Positions 50,101 to 63,549 of a stretch of DNA of 64,000 nt are shown piece by piece. Source of the stretch: Balanoglossus misakiensis (taxonomy: Eukaryota; Animalia; Hemichordata); the NCBI GenBank assembly GCA_040954595.2, contig CM082588.2, positions 2,702,144 through 2,766,143 of the forward strand, written 5' to 3'. A program made the translations under genes and the position numbers. The notes under the pieces are model-generated. The model saw only the letters and a list, made by a program, of their open reading frames with translations. It made no database searches and was not told where the DNA came from. Position 1 is the first letter of the stretch. The number at the start of each line of letters is the position of its first letter.

Positions 50101-53100
50101 TAGAGAAATAGTATTTATGAGTAATATTAACTTTGAATAAAATTAAAATATCATGTTAAATTGAATTAATAATCGTTTCTAGTCCTTTATTTCCCACGTA
50201 TTCGTGTAGATTGTGAGCGTTGCGAATATGCATAATAATTCTTCTTTTGAATGTGCATTACTGCAACGCAGTTTGGAAATCTAGGTTACGCTTGGGGCAT
50301 ACTAGCGGGTCCCAGCTGTCGCAATAAATTATCTTCTACATCGATTGAGGCTCCGTTAGTCTGTTCATTTTTTCAGATTTGCTTTGAGATGATTTTTTTT
50401 TTCAAATGAGCAAAGCTTAAAGAGCCACAAGGTCCTATAGGCACCTGTTGTCACATCTGTCTTGCACCATCTAAATGTAAGCATTCACTTTTTTAGAAAG
50501 AAACTGCCAATATTTCTGAAAATAAAACCGTACAAGTGTTTCCTGCATAATTTTGGAAGCAAATTACTTGCATAGAGAGTGCGGTGTCCGAAACGATATG
50601 TCATCTTGGTTTCACAATGGATGACAGTGCAACAGGTGGGTGAATATAACACCCTCAAAAAAGAGCCGGTGTTTGTAATGACTTTCATGCACGCATGTAA
50701 AACTCTTTAAGTTGTTTCGAGAATAATACTTTTAAAGTAAAGTTATAAAATCCCGTGTTTATGATGGTCTACAGTGACAGTGTATGTCTGTTAACCAGGC
50801 GATCTCTTCTCGCATTAGTTTAATCTAAAGTCGACAATGATCACCACCAAGACTGCGATTCTGGGAACGTTTTATGTATACCTTTGGATGGTCACTGCAT
50901 CTGGCGAAACAGAGATAAACGATCGAGAACGTTGGGAAGGTATAGTAAATTTTACACTGCTCCAAAAGTCCGCTTTCTAGCAAGTCTGTTAACAACTAAA
51001 CAGCTTAGATTTCCAGATCTTTTCCCAACCTTGTTTTCTTTGAGTGATTATATAATGATAACATGGCATTAACAAAACGGCCCTTTCCACTGAGGGTATT
51101 ATAAATATTCCACTAGATTTCAATTTGCTGACCCTCTAGTAAAATACCTTATGCCACAAGATATGAAGATAACCCTCAGACAATACATTCATTACATACA
51201 GTATTTTATTCAAGATAAGACTCACATTTCTGGAAATATTAAGTTTGCTCAGTTCATGGACAAGTTTTGGCTAATATGACAGACCTACAACACAACAGTA
51301 ATCAATATCACAATTACTTTCTCACAATCTTGACATATCTCAAAACAATCTTCAGTTTGTGTTCATTGACTACTTGCAGTTATTTCAGACAGCTTGGGAA
51401 AAAACATTGCATTACAGTTATCGGTATAATATAATGTCATACAGGATTTGAGACCAAATTTTTTCTGAGTATGCATATGGATACAATATATGTTAAAATA
51501 AAATGTTACCTGCTACAGGAAACACACACTTCTATCATGAAGTACTATGAAAACAGTTCTTAAAAAACAATACAGGGGAGATTGTTATCATACTCAGTCA
51601 ATCCCAGGTCCAAAGGATTAGTTTTTATAGGAAATTGCAAAACATATTGTGGACCTGTGACAGACTATGAGCTGAACGGGAGCCGAGACACACATTAGCA
51701 CTGGAATCAGATTCTTTTCGTATTTCCTGTCAGTGTAGTCTCACTGATCCCCTGGCCCCATTCCCAACACATGACTGCGCTGTGCTGCAAGTAAAGGGAC
51801 AGGTACTAGAGCAGGCCATTTTATTTTCGACAAAAACTTGACTGAAGAGTTCAATGGAGGACGGTCATCTGACCAAATTCCGACTTTGAAGGTAACGCGA
51901 TGTTAACCATAGCTTCACCCAATCACTGTGCTCGTATTACATTGTCCAATGAGAGCCATATTCACAATAGCCCATACCTGACCTTTTTCTCATAGCACAG
52001 CCCAGCTATGTGCTGGACATGGGGCAGGGGACCAGACTTCTGTTCGTACACAGAGCATAAAGACTATATATAAGGTCACATGATTTGTGAAGAGGTCAAT
52101 GAAAGATAGCTAGTAGTTTCCACTTCATGGGTTCCAAACTTCTTGACAAAAGGCGTGGACATTTATGCACTTGCTTTAATTTGGAATTTCCTGAAAGATA
52201 TAAAAACGGTAATGGTCTCAGCTCAGGTACTTGACTAGAAATTGCTACCTTGCCATTGACCTTTGAACCCATGGAGTCCAGCATGCAATCACATGTAATA
52301 AAAAGTCTGTTCATGCAAACAGCATTCTTGCTTATATTTTCTCACATCATAGTGATACGTGCTAGGGTTACTGGAAGGTCAAAGGTAGACAGACATGTAC
52401 ATGCATTAGTTGCAAGAAAAAAAATCAAGATTATTCATCAGATTATCTCTACCTACATAAATCATCCAGATGGCTGGAGGTGTGGAAGGTTGGGTTGTGG
52501 GAGAGAGCTGGGGCCAACTATTGTTTTGTGTATGGATGTGTATGTGTTAATGTATGTGTGTTCTGTGATATCTATGTCTGTCCTTTCACCTAATGGTTTG
52601 GTCCAATTGTATTATTACTAGCAATGGTTAGTTGGACTGATACACTTTGAAATGACTGTGAAACTGAAGCAATGAAGATATATGTCTCATATATTTTAGG
52701 TCACGCAAAAGTGGACAACTGGAGATCTTTTTTTTTTAATACAAAGCATACGTTTATTCTATGACAGAATTCAAATTAAGAGGACTATGACATCATCAAG
52801 GAAAATGACCTGACAACTTAAACCTTGGAGAATCTAACTCTCATTCATGGATCAGATTTTTCCGTCTATAAACCTACTGTACTTGGAACTTCAAGTGTTT
52901 TACATTCTCTTATTATGTTCCTTTCTAGTCTAGGTTCTACAAAAACCTAGATGTGCAAATATATAAAACATAAAAAATGGGTCTTTGTGACAGGAAGGTG
53001 AAGGTTTTTTTACAGACTAAATAGATTATTTATAATATATTTGAATATTCTGATCAGCCTGAGAGGCAGGGAAATGCTGAGACAGAGTGGATACCAGTCA

Positions 53101-53967
53101 TTTGCCAGAATGTGAACTTTGACCAACAACAAAAATTTGCAAAGAACTGTGCGAGACCTCCCGGAAATAAATGTACACCGAAATTTTAGACTCTCTGTGC
53201 TTTGTTCTGCTTAAAGCCAATTGAATGACTCCCCTCTCAATATACCTGCCCCTCTGACTGTATTAGAAGTTTTCAAATTCAACACAAAAGAAATGAAACG
53301 CAGGGAAAAATTCATGGAAACTTGCACCTTAATACAATATTGAAACATTGCCAAAAGAGGTATACCCATATACAGTAGCCGATATCGTGTATTACTTTTA
53401 ATAAGAAAATGCATTAATAATGCAATAAAATACAGAACACTAGCCTGACAGACTTTGTATTTATACAAATGGTTATCTTGGATATTATGCGTTTATCATG
53501 GAGTGATATTTATGTAAATATACTAGATATATAATTGACTACTGACAATATATTTGGGTTTACAACTTTACATTTATGATGATTTTTTGTCCCGAAATTT
53601 GACACACAGTTTGACGATATATAAAGATTAACTCCATACCCCCACCCCCACATGTGTCAAATTTTGGGGTTCCTGTTACAAAATCAAACATGCATTAACT
53701 GGGCACATTATCTAACTACACTAACTTGTGCACCATGGTCATTGTTAGGGAAAAAAGTGCCTATTATTAATCATATTGCCTCGTGGTGTCCTACCATGGA
53801 CGGCCACAGTTATCCTATACACATCATATTAAAAATTAAGTCTCCAAATTTTCAGGCTGTGAAATACACATAAATTCATCTACATTAGAGATTCAAATGA
53901 AATACAGTGAGTTTTGTTTTGTTGTGGATTTTAAACCATGGGGTGAGAGACAGAGACAAAAGTTTCT

Positions 53968-55602
53968 TTATGTATTCCGAACCTTGCCAGGGACATAATT
54001 TTTGTCTATTACAGGCTCCTGTAGGAACATGTGAAGGCATCTTTCATTTTGAGCCAAGGGGTGTCCAGCAACTCTGCAAGATGAAAAATACAGAGGCAGT
54101 GTTTAAAAACAAGTGTGCCATTATTTTATTGGACAGTGTATTTCATCGTGCTGTAGAGATTCAAACAAAAAAACTGAATTGAAAATATTTTTACTAAACA
54201 ACCAACAGTTACAGTGGAACATTCTCTTTTCCAACTAATATCAAAACAACAGCAAATAATGCCTGCTGTTCACCTACCTATTGATAAAGGCTTCAAGCCC
54301 TTGTCTACGTTCTTCAATAAAATCTTCTTCAAAAATTCCATCGTCACCTCTGAATGGAAGCTGCCTTTTCAACGCTTTTCCCGGTAAAGGTGGAACTACA
54401 ATCTGTAGATAAGGGGGAAAATGTAATTATTATTAGCTTGAAAATGAATAATGGAAAAGCTTAAAGAAAGGCTTAACAAAGTAAGGGCATTTTGAATGAT
54501 AATACAGGAAGTCTTGGGACACACAGTAACTTCACAATATACATAAGTGAAATAATATACCCAGATACAACAGCATCCTTACCTTGCTATCTCTCTCAAG
54601 TTCATTTCGTAGCCACTCAAAATCACTGTATCGCCTCCTTACTGAAGATTCTTTCAATTTAAATACTGGCAAATTTGTCTGAAAACAACAACAAAAGTCT
54701 TATCATAACAATAAAGGACATTGTTATGCAAATTAGTCAATGATATATCAGAAATTCTGGAGGAGAACTGTGCCTATGATAATATCATTACCAGTTGTCC
54801 TTCAAACACTCTGTTTACAATACTGTGGTTGAACCAACTGAAAACAGAGTGAATGGGGGAAACAGAGCAAGCAAAATTGTACATTTTCCCCAGACATACT
54901 CAGACTCTAACAGGACAGTATTTCAAGAAGTGGGTGTATGGCTTCACGGAAACGGAAGTGAGCTCAGAAAAGACCGTTGGTTGCCCGAATAATTATTCTA
55001 CAGCCAAGACTTTTGGCTCGTGAGAAATAACAACGAATCAAAACGAACACCCCGCACTACTTGACCATTAACACTTGATCGATCATTTCCCTGATCAAGT
55101 TTGGCTCGAGTACCGGTACATGGATGAGTTCACAGCCTTGCCCATGGCCACAGGGGAAAACTGAAATTGACTTGCTTGACCCTTCGAAATCGATCAATGC
55201 GATGGCAATTTCATTCAACGAAAGGACTGACAAAGATTAACTTTGCTACCGACCCTATCTTATCTAACGATGGCTGTACAAACCAGGAAGATCGAGTGAT
55301 AAAAGCGTCGGGTTATTCGAGGAATTAAACTGAATTAACAAAAAAGTGAATGCGAAACAGACAGACAAGTTGCCTGAACACGCTGAGCTGTGTGAAGAGG
55401 TCCCACCCCTTAAAACTGAGTCGCCGATTCAACTCACCCTCATCCGAACTTCATAGTCCGTATATCTCTTCTTAGCAAACCCATGTGTTTCGGGATTACA
55501 TACGTCAATTTCTAGAAAATTCGCTGGAGCCGCATAGGCGTCGTCAAGAGTTTGTTTTTTGGCGTTTAGTCGCCTTGTATCTGCACTGAGGTCTTCCGCC
55601 AT
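53968..55602 (-). CDS. SNX3: Sorting nexin 3/12 (PX-only), 4 exons, 163 aa
   Basis: Exons 55602-55438, 54678-54583, 54402-54278 and 54073-53968. Translation includes [96 protein letters not shown] and [19 protein letters not shown]. It is a likely co-orthologue of SNX3 and SNX12. Confidence 0.96.
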
Positions 55603-55863
55603 CTTGAGGGCTGTATCATGTGTATGTAATTGACGCTCTTTCCCGAATAAAATAAATGTCCTCGTAATATTGTAAGTATATGATAGGAAGAAAACGTTTC
55701 TAGAGTTATAAAGTGCAAAGATGACTTCGTATAAATGTATTGTATAAATTCTTTCTAAAATGTACGTATTAACTGTTTTATTTTCACATTATGTCAATTT
55801 CGGTATAATTACTTTGTACGAGGTTACTATGACGTCACAGAACAGAGGTCACCTAAAGTAAGA
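55603..55863. promoter_or_regulatory. Probable bidirectional promoter, SNX3/AFG1L
   Basis: 261 bp separate the divergent ATGs. Full CRE TGACGTCA at ~55829. Confidence 0.6.
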
Positions 55864-58800
55864 ATGGGGAGCCGTGTCGTGTTGACATCTCGTAAAATAT
55901 GCCTGTTTTGTGGACTGATTCGGTCAACTACGAGATCGGCGACGCGGTTCAAGACGACTGCTGTCATTTCTGAAGGTATAGTATTAATATGACGTATTAG
56001 CGATGCGAGTACATCACGAAAACCATGTTCATTGACAGCAGACGTCACCGGCGTACGTGTGTCACCACCGGTGTCACGTAGCTGGTTCCAACCATAGACA
56101 GTGTTTACGCGTATTGCATGCAGTGAAAGTGATCGGATCCTTCGATCTTTGACAGTGAGAATGTCGATAACGATTGACAGAGTGATAGCCTGGGAATCCA
56201 ATTCTCCTTACGTGTTGAGATACTTTCCATATTTTGATCCCATGCATGCTCATTTCAGCACTGGGTTCATTCATGATGGAGTCCAGGGAAATATACATGG
56301 TTCATGTCAGGTCACGGTGAACTTCAGTCTTAGAGTTGGTAGTATTACTACGTTTTTCCCCTAGTGCGATAGTCTTAGAACTTGATGCAGGCAGGGATCA
56401 TACATCCTCACCACAATTTCTCAGAGATTATGATTGGAATATATAACATTCACAAACTTGATTCATGTAAATGTGTAATAATATTTGGTAGAAAAAATAA
56501 ACTGATCACTCGTGATTTTATTTCAGTGAAGCCACCTGTCAGCACAACCCCTTTACGCCATGAAAAGCAGAAGACAGACATCAAAATCAAGGCTGATCCA
56601 AGCACAGGACCTCTCAACTATTATGATTCCCTGGTCCAAACAGGAGAACTTGAAGTAGACAACTACCAGAGGAAAGTAGTTCAACACTTACAAGATTTGC
56701 ACGATAGGATAGCTGGGTATAAACCTGTACAACCAAGCTTTTTTGAAAAGGTACGTATTCTGAAAAAGGTTAAACAGTTACACCAAAGCTCAGTACTGTC
56801 CTAAGTGGTGAGTAACTCATGACTAGATTGTCATCTAATACCAGAGTGGGTCTGCCGTAAATAGTATGCTGATTTCCATAATGTAGTCATTCTCTTATGT
56901 TATAATGTAGATTTTCGGGAAGAAGACGAAGAGGCCAGGCCCCAAAGGGTTGTATCTTTATGGAAGTGTTGGAGCAGGGAAAACCATGATTATGGATCTA
57001 TTTTACAAATGTGCCGAAAGTGATAGGAAGAGGAGAACTCATTTTAATTCATTTATGTTGGATGTACATGCAAGTAAGTATGAAAAATCAAATCTTGGAA
57101 TTCAGAAGTACAAAATTATAGTACTGGAAAGACTTTTTTAGATGGTGATAGTATTGTCTCATTTATTATTTGTGGAATCAGTTCGTTGGATGTTTCTCCC
57201 TCAGGGATGCATGAACTCAAAAAACAGCAGCCCAAACTACCGCCGGGAAAGAAGCCTGTCCCGTTTGATCCAATCAAGCCTGTGGCTGATATGATAACTG
57301 ATGAGAGTTGGCTTCTGTGTTTTGATGAGTTTCAGGTAAGCCGTGGTTTTCTTCGAAGTTCCAATCTTCGTTGTAAACATCCAGATTCTTGGTCACTGAC
57401 ACTTACTATTGAAAATACTTACCAATTTAATTTCACAAACTGTCACCACGTACTGAAACTTGCTTTCCCACCTGCAGGTCACAGATATCGCAGATGCCAT
57501 GATTTTAAAGAGACTTTTCACAGAATTATTTGACAATGGCGTGGTTGTCATAGCAACGTCAAACAGGCACCCAAACGACCTTTATAAGAACGGCCTTCAG
57601 AGGAGTCACTTTGTCCCGTTCATCAAAATTCTGAAGGTGAGCACAAATCACTGTCCCTGACATTTCTGTTGTGTGATCTGAAAATGTCCAAAGCTTTGGA
57701 CTATATCATTATACACCTGTAACCTTTGTCAATTGACCTTGCATGACCTTTATTTGTGTTTGTTGGACAGGATCACTGTGAGACGATGTCGCTTATTCAG
57801 GGTGTTGATTACAGGCAATTGGGTAAGACTTTGATATGAACTTTTTACTTTTGGCTTGGGCATTCCCAGCATGTTAAAGATGCATCACATGAATTCTCAC
57901 ACTATTTTATGATATTCAAAAACTGTTCTTGGTATGTATTTTTTTTAGGTCTTCCAGCCGATGGAGAGGTGTATTTCATCAGAACTATGTGTGACGCTAA
58001 CACTGAGTTAGATATAATCTTTGATGACTTTGCTCGTGCAGAAAATGCACGTAAGTAATATCAGTAAGATGAATAATACTGGAAGAGATTAGCTAATTTT
58101 GTGTATCTTTGCCCAAAATTCTTTCTGATTCATACAAAATCTTACAATGTAAATGTTCCATGGAATTCTAACTTTTCAGCGGTTGAGTCGCGCACCCTTC
58201 ATCTCCTGGGGAGGAAATTAGAAGTTCCTGTTTGTTGTGGTGGTGTTGCAGATTTTACATTTCACGATCTCTGTGTTCAAGTGAGTTTTGATTGAATTTT
58301 AATTGAATTTTGTTGGTATGGGTTTACCATGCAACAGTTAACAGGCCTCTGAATCTATGGACAACTGGTGATGACGTATGCCATTATTTTTCTCTTTTTA
58401 TCCAACCAGCCGCGGAGTGCAGCTGACTACCTCAGACTCTGCCAGGAGTTTCACACCATCATCATCAGGAACATTCCTCAGATGACACTCAACCAGAAAA
58501 CGGAAGCGAGAAGATTTATCACACTGATTGACAATTTCTATGACAACAAGGTGAGTGATGCAGTGGGAGACAGGTTGCCTTGGCAGCAAGTGTGTCGCAG
58601 CGAACACCTGTTGTGGCGTAAGCCAACAGGTTTGCCATGAGAGTGGTGTTGAAGCAGTGAGATATTAAAATGAGTTAGTGTTTTGAAATTACATATGTCC
58701 ACTTTAAAACACAACATTTACAGAACATGACAATTACCAAGTTAAGAATTTCAGCATCCTCTCCTCTTGTTTATTTCAGATAAAAATAGTTTGCTCAGCT

Positions 58801-59130
58801 GATGTAGAAGTACAGAATCTATTTTTGACGACGGGTTTGCATGAGGATGATATCAAAGCAGCAAGGATGATGGTAGCCGATATGAACATGTCTCCTGTAA
58901 GTTCAACTCTGATGTATTAACCTTTACACCAGTCCTGGATTTTGATCTTTTTCTTTTAGAATTTTCAACTAAATGTTTCTTTCTTTCATTTGATTTTTGT
59001 CTCCCAGGAGGCAGCCACCTCCAGCTTATTTACAGGAGAGGAGGAGATTTTCGCATTTGAACGCACCATCTCAAGATTACGAGAAATGCAGTCTGCTGAG
59101 TACTGGATTGATAAAGAAGATGAGTACTGA
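55864..59130 (+). CDS. AFG1L: AFG1-like mitochondrial ATPase (LACE1), 11 exons
   Basis: Exons 55864-55975, 56527-56750, 56911-57073, 57205-57335, 57478-57636, 57771-57822, 57949-58050, 58180-58280, 58410-58550, 58780-58896 and 59008-59130. Motifs: [15 protein letters not shown] (Walker A), [18 protein letters not shown] (Walker B), [44 protein letters not shown]. Confidence 0.96.
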
Positions 59131-60432
59131 AGCAAAAGGGGCAGTGAGCTGTAACGCTGAAAATAGAACAGCAAATGAACCCTTATATTCTTGTTTTTTG
59201 GGGGTAACCACTGGCAACTGGTAGAGTTGAACTTAGATGTTCTGGCTGCAAGGGTAAAAAAAATAGTTGGGGATATGTAAATTTGATTTTATCCGACCAA
59301 TCGCATGTATGTGCTTTTATCATGTGACTCAATTAATCAACAACCCATCAGACAGCTGAAATCACGTGAATAGATCATGTTAAATGTGATTCCGAATTAA
59401 TCACAAACATTGTAGTGTAGTTGTATGGAGTTTTACATAATTTTTTTCATGCCTCATGTTGGAGCGTTTGTGTTAACACAACAAACATTTACAGTATGCT
59501 AACAGTTTGGAGAAGTTCAAAAAATTGGAACTTTGGCTTTCACACGTATATGGTACATTTTCCAGCAGCTGATTTTAATTAATATCAAATTTGGCATTTT
59601 AGCAGCTGAAAATGTTCACTGGTTTGGAATACTGCTGCAAATATTGCAACCAGGTCCGTTGTTTATGATTAAACTAAATGTATTGGGATTGTAGATTGAA
59701 AACATCACGCTAATTGTAGATTTTTATTTTGTTGCAAATATTTTAACATAAAACTAATGTATTTATTCAATATTTTCTGTATTTATAGAAGAGTGTGTAT
59801 GATGTAAATTGTTTATGGTGTACTTCACATCAGAGCAAGCACATTACAGTTCAAACTTTTTGGCACCAGGATCAATTTTACTGCAGTTCTTGTATAGTGC
59901 AATTGTTTTGTGGCTACCTCTTTTATGATATATTTTTAAAGCTGCAATGGCCTGATCATAAATGATTTTATTTTATGTGTAAATATGTGGTTGATAAATG
60001 TGAAAAGTCAAAGTGCATTGACCCAACTATGCTTTCAACAAGGTACTCAGCTCATGCCCCTGTAATGACAGTTTTGTAACATTCATTCAACACAATCATA
60101 TTATTGTATACATAAGTTATGAGTTTGATGAATATATCTATATTAAAAGTCTGTGTACATTAACTGAAATGTATTGGAATGAAATGTTCTCAGGACAAAC
60201 AATCTGATTGCTATGTATGAATTCACTGGAAAGTTTTAAAAATAATATTTTTGTCCAAATAAGACTGTCTCTTGCCTAATTCTTTTGAACTGCTAGTTAT
60301 CATTGATGACACAGTCACCACTGGTAATCATAGTGTCTGTCACGGAAGGTTACAATCAATGAATTTTGTGTTTGTTTGTAACACTTATGCTCGTGGTAAT
60401 ATTTTCGATTTTTGCTTTGAATTCTTGTAAGT

Positions 60433-61239
60433 CTATGCCTCCATGTCAAAGTTATTTTCTGTATTTTTCTGGGAATAGTCCGATTCCGTTTCTTTGCTCT
60501 TCCCATCAGCCTCTTCACATTCTACATCATTGTCTGAAATGTACGATTTCACAGGTGTGACTTTATCCCGATCTGAGGGGTCACACATCATCCTCGTACC
60601 CATCGCCAACATAAGAACCACAATCAGACCAATGGCGATGGCCGTGGCGAGCTTCGCTCTTGGATTCCACGGATTGTAGTCTGTCGAAAATGTGATGCAA
60701 CTGTTCTCGCCCTCGGCTTCCAGCCCCGCGTACGTGCGCGTAAGTATGCACGACGTGTAGATTGTCCACGGCTGCATGTCCGTCAGGCCGTGTTCCGATG
60801 TCAAGGAGTCGTTGATCAAGTAACTTTTGCTGGCGATTGTCAGTTTGTAGCTTTGGTCGTACGTCAACCTGTAACCCTGTACATCGTCGAGGCATTCCGG
60901 GAGAGTCCACGCGATGACGACCGACGTGTAGGTGAGGTTACGGACGACCAGGTCAGACGCTGCCTGGGTCCCGAGACATGGTGTAGTCGAACTTGCAGAG
61001 AAAGATGTCGTGGAAGAGGAATAGACGCCCGTTTTCGAGGACGGGTTAGTGGTGGCGACGTTGTCTGCCGTGGAATGTATATCTGTGATTTCTGAAGTCG
61101 GAGATGGATCCGCAGTCGTATCCCCGTCGCCCGTGGAATATTCGTCCGTGTTCGAGGATACATGTACATCCGTCGTCTGCGAAAAGACAGGTGCGCACGC
61201 GCACACGCACAACACCAAGCAGGTGATTCTTGGAAACAT
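60433..61239 (-). CDS. Single-pass membrane protein: signal peptide, Ser/Thr-rich region, one fibronectin type III domain, TM helix and acidic tail (FNDC9-like)
   Basis: Single coding exon of 268 aa. FN3 pattern LVVRNLTYTSVVIAW-P-GYRLTY-LTDMQPWTIYTSCI; TM LATAIAIGLIVVLMLAMG. Confidence 0.8.
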   Translation of the reverse strand: MFPRITCLVLCVCACAPVFSQTTDVHVSSNTDEYSTGDGDTTADPSPTSEITDIHSTADNVATTNPSSKTGVYSSSTTSFSASSTTPCLGTQAASDLVVRNLTYTSVVIAWTLPECLDDVQGYRLTYDQSYKLTIASKSYLINDSLTSEHGLTDMQPWTIYTSCILTRTYAGLEAEGENSCITFSTDYNPWNPRAKLATAIAIGLIVVLMLAMGTRMMCDPSDRDKVTPVKSYISDNDVECEEADGKSKETESDYSQKNTENNFDMEA

Positions 61240-62500
61240 GTTCAGAAATCGCGAAAGTTTCGTATATCAGCAGACATTTGAGAGAACTGAAAGAAAAAAA
61301 ATGGAAATACATTTGTAAAGTAACAATTACCTCAGAACTGATAGGATCTACATCTGCATGATAGGATGACAGCACTGAGTATTAGGGGTAAGTTACGACT
61401 TTTTCAGTGTTTTTAATATTTTTAATTAGTTTTGCGTACAAATTCAAAGTTTACGAAATGACAAGCCTGTCTCGAAAGAATCCGCAAGAATATCCCAGGG
61501 AATAAAAAGCACGCCATTTTCCTCTGATGATATTATTGCTAAACGTTGACAGGAGTGTCATTCACCTATCTTGTCATTTCGTACTTTGGCACTCGGCTCG
61601 TGAGTACACTTTGCGCGTTGTTTGCTCCCAGTTATAATATGTTTTGAAAATTCTAAAGTGATGATCAGACCGCTGTCCAAATAATTTCGAATTAACAATA
61701 ATTCGCAGAGAGATCTGCGATTTCATAGACACGGGACCAGGTAGATTTTCTAACGAGTTCAATCAAAAAGCTAAGTAGGTGCGCAGACTGTCATACGTAA
61801 ATACAAATATATGATCATGGTGGACAGTGGTTAAATAGCTAACAATCGCGAAGCTGACATTGAAAACTACGATGTAAACTAGTCCTACAAAACGTCTTGG
61901 AGGTGGATGAAACTTACCTTATAGCCTGGAGCGAATGTAAACTGTATGTGTATTCTAAAAGTCGACCAGGAAAATGTGAGAGAAGCGTTTCGTTGATATT
62001 CGTTATCTGCGTAATACCCGGATGCAGGTGATGAGTCAATACTATGACCAGTGTAGAGATAAATTCGGGATAATTATTGACAGAAACGTTACATGGTTGG
62101 CAAATTAACTTCTAGTAGTCGAGATCTTTTTAAATATCACCTTGTGTCTCACTTGATGTGTCTGCCTCCGTTTCTCCCGTACATGTCTGTCTGTCTGTGC
62201 CTCGGCAACTTGAAAAGTTTAATGTGCAAAAAGTAAAGTAAATGGGGTGATTAATTTCAACCCCATTGCCGAACCGCGAGGAACCCCCGGGGGAGCACGC
62301 TTGACCCTAGACTTTGCCCCCGGGCTTGGCCGTTTACCCGGGGGGTCATCCTTGTCACCTGAGTTATACAACAAGTGAGTCAGATTACCATCAGTTTCAA
62401 CATACTAACATTTACTTGACTTGAGCAACTATCTGTGCTACCGTGACTTCAGGTACCTAAGTTTGAACACTTCTTGCTTTCTTGGAGTGTAATTTTAAGG

Positions 62501-63211
62501 TTAGATTGTCAATTCAGCCGGCTGTCCCGGCAAAATCATATCAGTGTCTGAGGACTCTGGATTGAGATTCCTCGAAATCGTTGTGGAAACCAGGTCGAAC
62601 CCGTCGTCTTCTGAACTTGTTGGGGAGACAGGGTATATGATGCTTGCGTCGGATTCGGTGATTCGCCTAGCTGCATGGCCGGGACGATTTGGGTGGCTAC
62701 GCGGTGCCTCGTTGGTTATGACCGCAGAGGTAGCATCGATCGCTAAGGCCGGCAAACTCTCGGTGAAGTTATACCCGAGGTGACCCATCTCCACCATGTC
62801 TACGTTTGCTCTTTTATCGACCACCCAGTCGGCAAAGCTACGTCTTTTTCTTGTGCCCGACTCGTCTTGGAGTTTCAGGACATATCTGAGAACAGCGAGA
62901 AATGTGCCTGGGATTTCTTCCAGGGGTGGGGCTCTTTCTATGGCCTCGCGGAACCTGTCCACCACCAAGTTGCTGTTCTCGGGTTTCACTTGTCTGCAAA
63001 GTGCCTCCACTTCCACAAACTGCGAACGAGGTAGCTCAAGAAGTGGATTCCCAATGGGCCCTAGAACGAGCCAACTGTACGTCTGGCTCTTGGAAGAGTA
63101 CATCAACCTCTTGACGCGTTTCATCTGCGCTTCCAGTTCCCATAGCAACAGCCTGGCGTTGATTTCCTGATCATTCAGGCTTTTGTGACGTCGCTTCATT
63201 TTTGTAAACAT
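62501..63211 (-). CDS. RD3-like protein (retinal degeneration 3 family)
   Basis: LLLWELEAQMKR...YSWL...LEL...VEVEALCRQVKP...VVDRFREAI...EIPGTFLAVL aligns with recalled human RD3 LMMELTGQMRE...DYSWL...LQLEDVCVKIHP...AILRFRQLL...EVSQLFRSVL. There is an acceptor at 63221-63222 and a probable upstream non-coding exon ending at 63396. Confidence 0.8.
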   Translation of the reverse strand: MFTKMKRRHKSLNDQEINARLLLWELEAQMKRVKRLMYSSKSQTYSWLVLGPIGNPLLELPRSQFVEVEALCRQVKPENSNLVVDRFREAIERAPPLEEIPGTFLAVLRYVLKLQDESGTRKRRSFADWVVDKRANVDMVEMGHLGYNFTESLPALAIDATSAVITNEAPRSHPNRPGHAARRITESDASIIYPVSPTSSEDDGFDLVSTTISRNLNPESSDTDMILPGQPAELTI

Positions 63212-63519
63212 TCTGAGTCGCTGCAAAAAGAGGACACAGCCATGATGTAAACTTCAATATCGGGGATGAATTAATTTAATGCCACATAGGACAACGAGGT
63301 TTAGTTACTTGAACACGAAACCGAATCTGGTACTGAGTTCAGAATCGCAAGAATGTAAACTTGCATGAAAATACCATGCGGAATATTACACTTACTGGGA
63401 ACGTTTCGAACGGTAAACGCCTTTCCAGACGAGATCCGTTCTCAAGAGTCTGGACTCAGTAAAGCGCGTAGTACCAGCCCGTTCAGTGTTCCAAAGTTCC
63501 GAATTTTACATCCTTTCTC

Positions 63520-63549
63520 GTGACGTCATAAAGGGATGTTCCTTTATAC
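63520..63549 (-). promoter_or_regulatory. Candidate TATA box and CRE upstream of the RD3-like gene
   Basis: Minus-strand TATAAA at 63548-63543 and TGACGTCA at ~63520-63527, upstream of the donor at 63395. Confidence 0.35.

Noticed and set aside
55827-56364. 124-aa minus-strand ORF and overlapping short ORFs
   Set aside because: They overlap AFG1L exon 1 and intron 1, the longest have non-ATG starts, and none shows domain features.
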